Notes: generated by a model from the letters alone, not told the origin. Numbered from the stretch's first letter, positions 26,941 through 36,747 are shown. The stretch: DNA of 64,000 nucleotides from an uncultured Candidatus Saccharibacteria bacterium (GCA_964361095.1 CAYHZA010000003.1:31773-95772); one strand, 5' to 3'. Made by a program: numbers and translations.

Positions 26941-28713
26941 TCAGGGAAAAACTATCCCCCGAATCCGCCGTGTTCCCGCGCCAACTGCCTCTTCTTTAAC
27001 AATTTTAAATTCTTGAATCTCTGAAGTTCGATTCACATGCGGCCCGCCGCAGAATTCCTTGCTCCACGCGTTTTGTATGTCTTTACCGATAAAATAAACA
27101 TTTACCTGATCGGGATACTTCTCCTTGAAAAAGAAGAGTGCTCCCGTTTTCTCGGCTTCCGATTTCGGCAGTACTACTTTTTGCATCGGCAAATCTTCCT
27201 TTATTTTTTGATTTACGATTTCCTCCACTTTTTTGATCTCCTCGGGCGTGAGCTTTCGCGGGAATGTAAAATCGAACCTTGTCCGTTCCACCGTAATGTC
27301 AGACCCCATCTGGCGCACCTCCGGCCCTAAGACTTCGCGGAGTGCCTGCTGGAGCATATGCGTTGCGGTATGAAGTCGAGTTACTTTTTTTAACTCCTCC
27401 TCGTTCGCGGCCTTCAACTCTCCCGTATCCAACAGAAGTCCATGCCCGCCAAATTTTTTCTCCTGTCCCGCGCGGGAGATTTCTTGATGCTTTTTGAATT
27501 CTTCGTCAAAGTCTTCACGATTTAAGTTTTTTGCTTTTTCACCTCCCAATTCCTTAACTACTTCATAAGGTAATCCGTAGCTTTGAAAAAGACTAAATGC
27601 CGATTGCGTATCAACCGATTCCATTTTTTTAAGTTCGCGAAGGCCATTATCCAATGTTTTCTGAAATTTCGTACTCTCCGCGTCAAACTCCTGAACCACA
27701 ACTTCCGCATCAAGTTCGGAATAAAAATCTCCGTAGTGCTTCACCACTGAACGAATAAGTTCTTGGATGTGCGCTCCGGGATTCAAATGCGCCTGCACAA
27801 TAATCCGCCGCATAAGGCGGCGGAGAATATATCCCGCTTCTTTATTCGACGGACGCACCCCATCCGAAATTAAAAAAACAATCCCCCGCGCGTGATCCAC
27901 GAAGATTCGCCGGCTCCGCTCCGAAAGTCCGGGCGGCAAAAATTCCATACACGGAGAAAACAAATCCGTCTCGAAAATATTATTTTTTTTCTGCACCACC
28001 ATCGCAAGCCGCTCCAAGCCCATACCTGTATCAATTCCGGGCGCTTCTAATTCTTCCAAACGTTTATCGGGATGCATATAAAATTCGTTAAAAACAATAT
28101 TCCAAATTTCGATTGACTTACCCTGCGCGTTCTTTACGTAAATTTCCGTGGTCCGCCCGCACGGCCCCTCGCTTCCCGTCGGTCCCCAAAAATTATCCTC
28201 GCGCCCCATCTTTTGAATATTCGTAACCCCAAGAGATTTCCAAATTTCTTCCGAAGATGTCCAGAGTCCTTCCGATCCGGTATCTGCGGGCACATCGGAA
28301 TCACCCTTAAAAACGCTTACATAGTCGATCGTAAGCCCCATCTCTTTTGCAATAAACTCATACCCATACTGGATAGCCTCTTTTTTAAAATAGCTTGCCC
28401 CGACCTTCCCCGAAGCGTCGGGGCCACCGAACGAAAAATTCCCTAACATCTCAAAAAACGTAAGGTGCGACTCGTCCCCTACTTCATCAATGTCGGATGT
28501 TCGAAACGACTTCTGAACCGAAGTGGTGTTTTTGCTCCCAAAATCCTTCATCGGATCAGCTTTCCCCGTAAAGTACGGCTTAAACTGTTGCATTCCGGCG
28601 GTCGTCAATAAGACCGACGGATCATCGGGTATGAGCGAACTCGACGGGACGATGGTATGGCCCCGTTCTTTAAAATATTCCAAGAATTTGCGGCGGATTT
28701 CAGCTGAATTCAT
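26941..28713 (-). CDS. alaS: alanine--tRNA ligase (short form, no C-Ala domain)
   Basis: Class II AlaRS catalytic core plus editing-domain motifs HTATHMLQQALREVLG and CGGPHV. 590 aa. Confidence 0.85.
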   Translation of the reverse strand: MNSAEIRRKFLEYFKERGHTIVPSSSLIPDDPSVLLTTAGMQQFKPYFTGKADPMKDFGSKNTTSVQKSFRTSDIDEVGDESHLTFFEMLGNFSFGGPDASGKVGASYFKKEAIQYGYEFIAKEMGLTIDYVSVFKGDSDVPADTGSEGLWTSSEEIWKSLGVTNIQKMGREDNFWGPTGSEGPCGRTTEIYVKNAQGKSIEIWNIVFNEFYMHPDKRLEELEAPGIDTGMGLERLAMVVQKKNNIFETDLFSPCMEFLPPGLSERSRRIFVDHARGIVFLISDGVRPSNKEAGYILRRLMRRIIVQAHLNPGAHIQELIRSVVKHYGDFYSELDAEVVVQEFDAESTKFQKTLDNGLRELKKMESVDTQSAFSLFQSYGLPYEVVKELGGEKAKNLNREDFDEEFKKHQEISRAGQEKKFGGHGLLLDTGELKAANEEELKKVTRLHTATHMLQQALREVLGPEVRQMGSDITVERTRFDFTFPRKLTPEEIKKVEEIVNQKIKEDLPMQKVVLPKSEAEKTGALFFFKEKYPDQVNVYFIGKDIQNAWSKEFCGGPHVNRTSEIQEFKIVKEEAVGAGTRRIRGIVFP

Positions 28714-28718
28714 CTTGA

Positions 28719-29918
28719 TTATTCTAGTTTAAAATCGGCATTTATTAAAGCTTCTATTGCCTTTTTTACTTTAAACCCCTTGCAATGCCCGAGAACACCG
28801 AAATACGACTGTACCGATTGCTCGAATGAATCTTTAGTAAGCGCACCGCGCACTATTTCTAATTTACTCTCTCTTATTTTCTTTAAAATTCTTCTTCTGG
28901 TTCTTGTACGCACGATTCGATAGTGCGGCAATATAACGTAACCAAGAAAATCTATGCCCTGCGAATATTTCCGCAGAAAAATCTTTTGCGGATGCAGCGC
29001 GAGCAAAAGCGAATCCCGAAGAAAATCGGTCAATGGCGATACAAGCCGTTTAAGATGGCTCTTGTCGTGGCTTACAATAATAAAATCATCGCAATAACGA
29101 ACATAGTGTTTTTCCTTGAGTGTGTGTTTCACAAATTGATCTAATTCATTCAGATAAATATTGGCAAAAAGCTGGCTCGTTACATTTCCGAGCGGCAGTC
29201 CTTTGTCGTCTGACTTCTCAAAACTTTTTATAATGCGGCGAATAAGCCATCGTGCGCCGTCATCGTCAACCTTTCTATCTATCAATTCTAAAAGAATATT
29301 ATGATCAATGGAGTCAAAAAACTTTCTAACGTCGCATTTCAAAGCAAAACAATGCGCCGCATAATTTTTGCTCACCTTTCGTAGAAACTGCTCGAGCCGT
29401 GTAACTCCCCGATGGGTACCCTTATGCATGCGACAGGAATACGAATCAAAAATAAAACTTCTATCAAAAACAGGGTATAATACTCTAAATATTGCCTGGT
29501 GCACCACTCGGTCGCGCACTACGGCCTTATGAATATGGCGCAGTTTCGGATCGCGGACATAAAATGCGTGATAGGAGTGGTGCGTGTACGTCCGATTCCG
29601 TAACTCTTCGTGAAGTTGGAAAAGATTGTCTTCCAAGTTAAATTCAAACTCTTGGACATCGGTTTTCCTTCTCTTTCCGCGCCGAAATTCGCGCCACGCC
29701 GAAAATAAATTTTCGAGACATATAATTTTTTCAAAAATAGTATTTCCATGAACCCCCCCCCGACGGAATAACGGTGCCGCTTGTGCATAAGATTGGTGAA
29801 TTGTATAAAACGCTTTATCTCTTAGGTAAAAAAATTCCGAAACGCGATCACTTCGGCATTCATCTGAAAATCGAACAGCTTTGTCTCGATATACTCGAGC
29901 TTTCAATCTCGGCGGCAT
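28719..29918 (-). CDS. diversity-generating retroelement (DGR) reverse transcriptase
   Basis: RT motifs including LPLGNVTSQLFANIYLNELD (the DGR-specific [IL]GxxxSQ variant of QGxxxSP) and VRYCDDFIIV (YxDD). The N-terminus has LENLFSAWREFRRGKRRK. Confidence 0.8.
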   Translation of the reverse strand: MPPRLKARVYRDKAVRFSDECRSDRVSEFFYLRDKAFYTIHQSYAQAAPLFRRGGVHGNTIFEKIICLENLFSAWREFRRGKRRKTDVQEFEFNLEDNLFQLHEELRNRTYTHHSYHAFYVRDPKLRHIHKAVVRDRVVHQAIFRVLYPVFDRSFIFDSYSCRMHKGTHRGVTRLEQFLRKVSKNYAAHCFALKCDVRKFFDSIDHNILLELIDRKVDDDGARWLIRRIIKSFEKSDDKGLPLGNVTSQLFANIYLNELDQFVKHTLKEKHYVRYCDDFIIVSHDKSHLKRLVSPLTDFLRDSLLLALHPQKIFLRKYSQGIDFLGYVILPHYRIVRTRTRRRILKKIRESKLEIVRGALTKDSFEQSVQSYFGVLGHCKGFKVKKAIEALINADFKLE

Positions 29919-30118
29919 TAGAAATCAAGGAAAAGAAATCGTTTTTGCTCTCTAACGCGCGGATCAAAAATGAGGTACTCAAGCGACTTCTGCGCAACGC
30001 CCGAGAACTTTCAATTATCCATGAAAGACAATATATCAATATTGAAAAAGAATTGATAGAAATATCAAAAATGATAAACGGCTGGCTGAAGTTTTTAAAT
30101 AACAAAGAGGGTGCATGA
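29774..30118 (+). CDS. avd: Avd-like four-helix-bundle accessory protein (23S rRNA IVS protein family)
   Basis: IGELYKTLYLLGKKIPKRDHFGIHLKIEQLCLDILELSISAA matches the FPKEExFGLxSQxRRAAVSIxSNIAEG pattern. GTG start. It is on the opposite strand to the RT and TR and overlaps the RT 5' end. Confidence 0.6.
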   Translation: MPLVHKIGELYKTLYLLGKKIPKRDHFGIHLKIEQLCLDILELSISAALEIKEKKSFLLSNARIKNEVLKRLLRNARELSIIHERQYINIEKELIEISKMINGWLKFLNNKEGA

Positions 30119-30136
30119 CCCTCTTTGGCGAAACTT

Positions 30137-30252
30137 CTGCACGGACGCGGATATTGTCGTTCCGATTGTCGGGATTGTACCAGTTGACGTTCAGGTTGTC
30201 GTCGTTCCAGTTCACGTTCGGCACGTTGTCATTCGGATTCCGCGAACCTGTG
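30137..30252 (-). repeat. DGR template repeat (TR)
   Basis: 116 bp homologous to 30540-30655. In minus-strand sense it is AAC/AAT-rich (...NVNWNDDNLNVNWYNPDNRNDNIRVRAE). 25 of 27 mismatches to the VR fall on TR adenines. Confidence 0.75.
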
Positions 30253-30478
30253 TATTATCTGATTCCATCCGAATCACTGGCATTCTTTGGAAAAAATGCC
30301 TGCGTGTCCGATCTTGATCGGCATCGTTTTGGGGCATCGCACTTAGCAAACCCCCACTAGAACCAGATAAGCAGTTCCCTTGAAATATTGGCAAACCGTT
30401 ATCAAGCACTGAGTTGTATATATGCCGACCGGTTGTATTAGCCAATTTTATTTTAACCTAAAGTGTGAAGTAAAAAAA

Positions 30479-30500
30479 TGGGTTCGGCATAGCCGAACCC
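30479..30500 (-). terminator. perfect hairpin downstream of the VR (target-gene terminator and DGR-associated stem-loop)
   Basis: GGGTTCGGC ata GCCGAACCC flanked by A/T runs, about 40 nt 3' of the VR. Confidence 0.55.
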
Positions 30501-30528
30501 AAAGGTTTCAAGTTGCAAGATACAAGCG

Positions 30529-31263
30529 TTAGGGAACCACTGGACGGACGCGGATACCGTCGCTCCGACTGTCGGGATCGCCCCAGCCGACGCTCAGGTC
30601 GCCGCCGCGCCAGTCCACGCCCGGCACGCAGGCACCCGGACCCCGCGAACCCGTGCAGAGCGTGATGTTCTTCAGGTCGAGGTGTTTCCCCGTCTCCATG
30701 AAGTACTTCAGTTCATAGAGGAGCCGCTCGGGGAGTGTGATGCCTACGACACCCCGTGCTTTCGTGTTGTTTGCCGAGAGGTTCTTCAGCTCCTCGTCGG
30801 CCTCGACACGGTCGCGCACCCAGATTGCGTAGTCGTGGTCCGGCTCGCGGTCGGATTTGATCTGGTCCAAGTCCTCCGTGTACCGCCACGCCGGGAAGAG
30901 CTCTTTGCACTTTGCGAAGAGCCGGTTCGGGGTCATGCCCGCGAGAACCACGATGAGGCGGTCGAAGCCGTCCTTGTGCGTTGGAATCGCAAGACTGTCG
31001 ACGAGGCTCGAGAAGTCCTTCTCGATGCCGAAGATGTCCCGGTAGAACTCCTGCCAGGGATCCAAGAGAAGGAGCTCGGGCACGGGATAAAAGCCACTCA
31101 CTTCACGGAGAATCTCCGAGACTTTCCTGGCCCACACGCGCTTCCTTCGAACGAGTTTCTGCATCTCGGCGAAACTCATGTCGGGAATCGCTTGGATCAA
31201 AGCCGCACTCACTTCCTTGAACTGGCCTTGTGTTGCCGGACGGACAGTTTCATGCCTATGCAT
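30529..31263 (-). CDS. DGR target (variable) protein, GC-rich, with the VR at its 3' end
   Basis: 244 aa. The C-terminus ...LCTGSRGPGACVPGVDWRGGDLSVGWGDPDSRSDGIRVRPVVP is encoded by the VR (30540-30655). AAGGAGG RBS. GC content is far above neighbouring genes. Confidence 0.7.
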   Translation of the reverse strand: MHRHETVRPATQGQFKEVSAALIQAIPDMSFAEMQKLVRRKRVWARKVSEILREVSGFYPVPELLLLDPWQEFYRDIFGIEKDFSSLVDSLAIPTHKDGFDRLIVVLAGMTPNRLFAKCKELFPAWRYTEDLDQIKSDREPDHDYAIWVRDRVEADEELKNLSANNTKARGVVGITLPERLLYELKYFMETGKHLDLKNITLCTGSRGPGACVPGVDWRGGDLSVGWGDPDSRSDGIRVRPVVP

Positions 31264-31608
31264 GAGCAGTTCCTCCTTGTTTCTTGTTAAAGGCGCAAAT
31301 CCACCATGGATTCGCTTCTGTTCTTATTATAGCATGCTTTATGCAGTTTTGTCAAATCACCTCATATTATTCCAATAACCGGCGGGTTTCATTTTGCGAC
31401 GACCATAAGTGACTTCCCCCACAACTTACTGCAGATCTCCTTTTGGGTAACCATAAGTGAAGGCGAAAAAGAAATAAACGAGCGCCGTGTAGATTTTTTG
31501 AAAATAAATTTGATGGTCGGAGGCACGACGGGTACCGTCAAATTTACTCAAAAAATCAAACAAAGCGAGCAATATTTCTCTCGCCGTAACGGGTTACCCA
31601 AAAGGAGA

Positions 31609-32820
31609 TCAAAGATTCTCGAATCCCTCGAGCGCCTCCGCGCTCCGATGCTCCCGAATCCTCTCCAAAGCCTTCGCTTCGATCTGCCGGATACGCTCGC
31701 GGGTTACGCCGAAGACTTTTCCCACTTCTTCCAAGGTATGGGTCACGCCATCTTCAAGCCCAAACCGCATCGTAAGAATTTTCCGTTCGCGTTCGGTAAG
31801 ATCGGCTAAAATATTTTGTATCAAATCACGCACCAAAGCACGCGCCGCAAGCTGTGAAGGCGTCGCGTTTTTTTCGTCGGCGATAAAATCCGAAAGCGTG
31901 GAATCCTCCTCGTCTCCCACCGGCGCTTCAATAGAAAGAACTTCCTGGGAGATCTTCTGGATCTGGCGCACCTTTTCGATCTTCATTTTCATCTCCACCG
32001 AAATTTCCTCCGGAAGCGGTTCTCGCCCCAATTCCTGTATCAATTGGCGGCGCACCTGCGTATATTTCGAAATCGTCTCCACCATATGAACCGGAATGCG
32101 GATTGTCCGCGAAAAATCCGCGAGGGCACGGGTAATCGCCTGACGTATCCACCATGTGGCGTACGTTGAAAATTTAAAACCCCTTCGGTAGTCGAACTTC
32201 TCGACCGCCCGTGAGAGACCGATATTTCCCTCTTGGATAAGATCAAGAATACTCAAATTCGGCGTGCGGTTAATGTAACGCTTCGCAATGGAAACAACGA
32301 GGCGTAAATTAGCCTTCATAAGTTTCTGCCGCGCCTCCTCGTCGCTTTTTTCGGCGCGCTTCGCGAGCTCCCGCTCTTCGTCTTTCGTAAGAAGCGCCGT
32401 CCGGCCGATTTCTTTCAAATAAACCTGCACCGCGTCCGGAAGGTCGCCGTCAAAATTCAAAGCTCCCTCAAGCTCCGCCTGGCTTATCTCGTCTTCTTTC
32501 GGAATCTCGATAAGTCCGCTTGTTTCGATAACTTTGATATTCGCCTTTTCGAGCCGATTATAAATCTCCTCGAGGAACTGAACGTCTTCCTCTATCTTCG
32601 GAAAATAATACAAAATCTCGCTATCCGTCACAAAACCGCGTGGGCGTCCCTTTTCGATCAGTTCGGCAAGCGCGTCTTCGTTGATCGCGAGATGGCTCTT
32701 CGCTTTTTGCGTCTTATCTTTTTTTATCTTCTTTTTTACTTCTTTCCGATGAGACGCTTTTTTTACCAGAGTTTTTTTACGGGCATGCAGCCCTTTTTTT
32801 AAAGAGATTTTTTTCTTCAT
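31609..32820 (-). CDS. rpoD: RNA polymerase primary sigma factor
   Basis: Regions 1.2 through 4: [41 protein letters not shown]...[24 protein letters not shown]. Confidence 0.9.
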   Translation of the reverse strand: MKKKISLKKGLHARKKTLVKKASHRKEVKKKIKKDKTQKAKSHLAINEDALAELIEKGRPRGFVTDSEILYYFPKIEEDVQFLEEIYNRLEKANIKVIETSGLIEIPKEDEISQAELEGALNFDGDLPDAVQVYLKEIGRTALLTKDEERELAKRAEKSDEEARQKLMKANLRLVVSIAKRYINRTPNLSILDLIQEGNIGLSRAVEKFDYRRGFKFSTYATWWIRQAITRALADFSRTIRIPVHMVETISKYTQVRRQLIQELGREPLPEEISVEMKMKIEKVRQIQKISQEVLSIEAPVGDEEDSTLSDFIADEKNATPSQLAARALVRDLIQNILADLTERERKILTMRFGLEDGVTHTLEEVGKVFGVTRERIRQIEAKALERIREHRSAEALEGFENL

Positions 32821-32835
32821 AAAAAACGTGAAATA

Positions 32836-34584
32836 TTATGACTGCTTATTGAATTCCTGGAGCGCGAGGAGGATCGAAGCTTCGTCCCCTTGCGCCTCGG
32901 CTTTTTTTACCGCAGCGGTAAGTTCTTGCCGTTTTCCTTTCGCATGCTCCTCGGCCAAAAATTTTTTTACATCGGCAATCTCGTCGTCTTTGACTTCGCC
33001 CGCGCGAAGCAGGATAAGATTCATCAAACCGTCAACTTCTTTATCCTCGCTTGATTGTATTCCCTTTCGAAGGAGGGCGAGGATCTCCCGATATTCCTCC
33101 ATAAGGTAAGGAACCGAGTCCTCGATGATCGAGAAGTCATTGCGCGCAATGCACGACGCAAGAAGAAATTGACAGAGAAGCTCCGCGCGAGAAAATACTC
33201 TTTTCTCTTCGTTTTCTGTTTCTTTTGCGGCTTCCCGAGAAATAACGCTCGGAGAAACAATCGCCGTGAGCTTATCGGTTTCTTCGTGTAACGTGCGCTC
33301 ATCGATACCAAGACGATCCGCGAACTCTTTTATCCACGCGCCCTGCATTACCGGGCTCGTGATATTTTTTATTTTTCCCAAAACTACCCTAAGGTTCCTC
33401 GTAAACCCCGTCTGCCGATGAAGTTCGTGCGGGGGGAGATTGGTAAAATCCTTGAGGTATCGCTCAAAGTAAAATTCGGGAGCCGGTCGAGCTTCGGCAA
33501 ACGCTTTTTTGAAAGCGGCCAGATTGTTTTGAATTGCTTCGGCCGGGTCCTTGGCACTGCCAAGGGCTACTACCCTTACATTAAAGTCATTTTTTTCCGC
33601 TAAGTCAATTGCCCGCTCTCCCGCCGCGAGTCCAGCCTCGTCGTTATCGAAACTCAAGACCATCTGATCGGTAAGCCTGCGGAGCGTTCGAAGGTGGTCT
33701 TCGGTCAACGCCGTTCCCGAACTTGCCACGCCATTTTTCACTCCCACCTGATAACTCATCAAAAAATCCATTTGGCCCTCAACCAAAAACACCGAACCCG
33801 TTTCGCGGATTGAATTTTTGCTCCGCCAGAAACCGTAGAGGAGCTTCGATTTGTTAAAAATCGGCGTTTCGGGGCTGTTCACATACTTGGCAAAAGCCAA
33901 CCCTGAGCCTGTCGAAGGATTCCCCATCTTCCCGTCATCAAACTGCGGCAAGACTCGCCCCGTAAACCCCACGACTTTCCCAAGGTGATTATGGATCGGA
34001 AACATAATCCGCCCGCGAAAACGATCGAGCTGAAGCCCCCGCTCGCTCTTAAACGCCATGCCCGCGCGCACGATATCGTCGGGATAAAAATTGCGCTCAA
34101 TAAGATAGAGATTCAGCGCATCGGATTGATCCGGCGCCCAGCCAATCTCGAATTCTTCGATCGTTTCCTTGCTCAATCCCCGCTCCGCGAGATATTTTTT
34201 TGCCGCGTCGGAACGTTCAAGTTCTTTCCGAAAAAAGTTTTTCGCTTCGTTGTTTATCTCGTAGAGCAATCCAGAATATTTGTAATCGGGTGAATTCGCG
34301 TACTTCAACTCTATGCCCGCCTTCTCCGCGAGCATCTTTAAGGCGTCACCGAACTCCACGTTCTCGTATCGCATCAAGAATGCGAAAGCATCGCCCCCCA
34401 GCGCGCACCCGAAACAGTGCCAACTCTGCCGGTCGGGCGAGATCATAAACGAGGGCGTCTTTTCGTGATGAAAGGGACAGAGCGCCTTAAAATTCTTTCC
34501 GGCCGGTTGTAGCGTTAAATAGCCTTTTAGAAATTCAACGATATCGAGCTTTTCTTTTATGAGTTCAACGTTCGAACCGGCCAT
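32836..34584 (-). CDS. dnaG: DNA primase
   Basis: CHC2 zinc finger (KALCPFHHEKTPSFMISPDRQSWHCFGCALGGDAFAF) and a Toprim domain. Immediately upstream of rpoD. Confidence 0.9.
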   Translation of the reverse strand: MAGSNVELIKEKLDIVEFLKGYLTLQPAGKNFKALCPFHHEKTPSFMISPDRQSWHCFGCALGGDAFAFLMRYENVEFGDALKMLAEKAGIELKYANSPDYKYSGLLYEINNEAKNFFRKELERSDAAKKYLAERGLSKETIEEFEIGWAPDQSDALNLYLIERNFYPDDIVRAGMAFKSERGLQLDRFRGRIMFPIHNHLGKVVGFTGRVLPQFDDGKMGNPSTGSGLAFAKYVNSPETPIFNKSKLLYGFWRSKNSIRETGSVFLVEGQMDFLMSYQVGVKNGVASSGTALTEDHLRTLRRLTDQMVLSFDNDEAGLAAGERAIDLAEKNDFNVRVVALGSAKDPAEAIQNNLAAFKKAFAEARPAPEFYFERYLKDFTNLPPHELHRQTGFTRNLRVVLGKIKNITSPVMQGAWIKEFADRLGIDERTLHEETDKLTAIVSPSVISREAAKETENEEKRVFSRAELLCQFLLASCIARNDFSIIEDSVPYLMEEYREILALLRKGIQSSEDKEVDGLMNLILLRAGEVKDDEIADVKKFLAEEHAKGKRQELTAAVKKAEAQGDEASILLALQEFNKQS

Positions 34585-34724
34585 AATGTAAAGATTCTAT
34601 GCTAAAAAGACAACGCAGGCAAAATTGACAAAACCACGAATCCGAAGGACTATAACAATCAGCACACGAAGAAAAACGGGCAAAAAAACCAGTAAAACAT
34701 TCAGAGGCAGAAAAGGAGGAGAGC

Positions 34725-35135
34725 GTGGAGAAAAAGGATATCTATTGGACAAAACCTTTACCGGTCGGAAAAGGACCGCGAACAATCAGGGAATTCGTCA
34801 TGGGGTTGGATCACGGTCCCGGAAGCCAGCCCATCATCCTCGAATGCGCCGACATGAGCGATCCCCATGAACAGATGGATCCGAAGATACCCATCCGACT
34901 CACGAGCGTTGCCCTCCTTGCGAAAGGAAAAGATCACCTCGATTTCACAGGGTGGATTCCCGGAGATACAGCCCACGGAGAGGCGGAGGTGTCCCAACTC
35001 GTGCAGGGACAGTTCTCCCCCTCAACACAACGCGGCAAGCTTTTTCTGGGACGTACCGCGCTCAAATTCGATGAGGAGAACATCGATGACGACATCGACT
35101 TCGTGATGAGTAATATCCGAGATGCCAAGAAGTAA
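34725..35135 (+). CDS. hypothetical protein
   Basis: 136 aa. GTG start with AAAGGAGGA RBS. Confidence 0.4.
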   Translation: MEKKDIYWTKPLPVGKGPRTIREFVMGLDHGPGSQPIILECADMSDPHEQMDPKIPIRLTSVALLAKGKDHLDFTGWIPGDTAHGEAEVSQLVQGQFSPSTQRGKLFLGRTALKFDEENIDDDIDFVMSNIRDAKK

Positions 35136-35223
35136 CCATCCTTCACACAAAAAAGCCCTGCATCATTACGTGGGGCTTTTTCATTTCCCAAAAGTAAAAA
35201 ATCACGATAGAATCTAAATAGTA

Positions 35224-35940
35224 ATGAATACGATTCTTACGGTAAAAAATCTTACGGTTCAATTCGACGGCGAACCTGTCATCGAAGACGTAAATTTTGA
35301 GCTGAACGAAGGAGAAAATCTAACCGTCATCGGACCGAACGGTTCCGGAAAAACCGTGCTTTTGAAAGCGCTCATGAACACGATCCCTTCGCGCGGGGAA
35401 ATTACCTGGGCGCCGAATGTCCGCCTTGGCTACGTTCCCCAAAAAATTGAGGTGGACAAACATCTTCCCTTGAACGCGAAATCACTCTTTGCCGCGAAGG
35501 CAAAAATTTTGAAAACTTCAATCAAGGACATAACTACCGTCGCAAAAACGATGGGGCTCTCACCCGATATTCTCGAAACGCCCATCGGCCACCTCTCGGG
35601 CGGACAATTTCAGAAATGCCTTATCACCTTCGCGTTAATCGGCAAACCGAACGTACTCCTTTTCGACGAACCAACGTCAAGCATCGACCGCCCACGCGAA
35701 GAGCAAATCTATGAAACGCTTCACCGCTTACAAGATGAACTTGGTCTGACCCTGATTCTTGTCTCGCACGATTTAAGCTTGGTCTACCGCTACGCGACAA
35801 AGGTTCTCTGTCTCAATAAATACGGCCTCTGCTTCGGCGTCCCCTCGGAAGTTCTCACGACGAAAGTTCTTGAAGAACTCTATGGAGCTCCCCACCGTTA
35901 CTATCACCACCTCCACGAGCATAACGGCCATGAACATTAA
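35224..35940 (+). CDS. ABC transporter ATP-binding protein (ZnuC/metal-type) with a His-rich tail
   Basis: Walker A (GPNGSGKT), signature (LSGGQFQK) and Walker B (LLFDEPTSSID). C-terminus HRYYHHLHEHNGHEH. Confidence 0.8.
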   Translation: MNTILTVKNLTVQFDGEPVIEDVNFELNEGENLTVIGPNGSGKTVLLKALMNTIPSRGEITWAPNVRLGYVPQKIEVDKHLPLNAKSLFAAKAKILKTSIKDITTVAKTMGLSPDILETPIGHLSGGQFQKCLITFALIGKPNVLLFDEPTSSIDRPREEQIYETLHRLQDELGLTLILVSHDLSLVYRYATKVLCLNKYGLCFGVPSEVLTTKVLEELYGAPHRYYHHLHEHNGHEH

Positions 35941-36697
35941 CGAAATTTATTTCTTGATACTCGCGCTCATAAGCGCGGTTGCCACCGGACTCGTGGGCAG
36001 TTTTGCCCTCATGAAGCGGATGACCCTCGCGGGCGACGCCTTCTCGCATGTTGCCCTTCCCGGTCTGGGACTTGGCATTCTCTTCGGAATAAATCCGCTC
36101 TTGGGCGGTGCCGCGACGCTCGTTCTCGGCGCGCTCATCGTCTGGCACCTCGAAAAAAGGAGCGGGCTCGCGACGGAAACGACGATTGGTGTCGTATTTT
36201 CCGCGTCCCTCGCGATCGGCGCGCTGATTACGCCGAGTGAAGATCTTATTGAGGCACTTTTTGGCAACTTCGCGCCCCTTTCGTTGGAACATTTTTTGAT
36301 CGGCCTTACGGCGTCTTTCCTTATTATTCTTTTTATTTTGAAATTCAAAGATCAACTGGTAATCGCGCTCTTTTCGCCCGAGCTTGCCTCGTCAAGCGGA
36401 ATAAATTTAAGCCGCCTGAATCTCCTGTATCTTCTTATTTTTACGCTCACGATTATTCTCGGCCTCCGTTTCTTGGGCGCGCTCCTCGTGGGATCGCTCA
36501 TTATTATTCCCGCCGCCGCGAGCCGCCAGCTCACCCACCAGTTAAACAGCTTCCTTATCACCTCGTCGCTGTTAAGCGCCGCATCGGTCGCTATCGGAAT
36601 TTTTATCTCTCGCTCTTATGCCGTTGCCTTTAGCCCCGCCGTAGTAAGCGTAAGCGCCGTAATCTTCGCAGCAAGTTTATTGAAGAAGAAAAGGTAA
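35930..36697 (+). CDS. metal ABC transporter permease (ZnuB/MntB-like)
   Basis: Multi-TM protein. Its ATG overlaps the stop codon of the ATPase gene. ABC-3 family sequence style. Confidence 0.75.
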   Translation: MNINEIYFLILALISAVATGLVGSFALMKRMTLAGDAFSHVALPGLGLGILFGINPLLGGAATLVLGALIVWHLEKRSGLATETTIGVVFSASLAIGALITPSEDLIEALFGNFAPLSLEHFLIGLTASFLIILFILKFKDQLVIALFSPELASSSGINLSRLNLLYLLIFTLTIILGLRFLGALLVGSLIIIPAAASRQLTHQLNSFLITSSLLSAASVAIGIFISRSYAVAFSPAVVSVSAVIFAASLLKKKR

Positions 36698-36747
36698 ACG
36701 AAGCTTTGCCCATAAAAATTTTAGAAAAACTGACTTCACTTTACTTA

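Noticed and set aside
29700-29790. Minus-strand ATG (TTC ATG GAA ATA ...) as the true RT start just downstream of the G9 run
   Set aside because: It is out of frame with the conserved RT body (the frame of IFEKIICLENLF). It begins ORF 29519..29788 instead.
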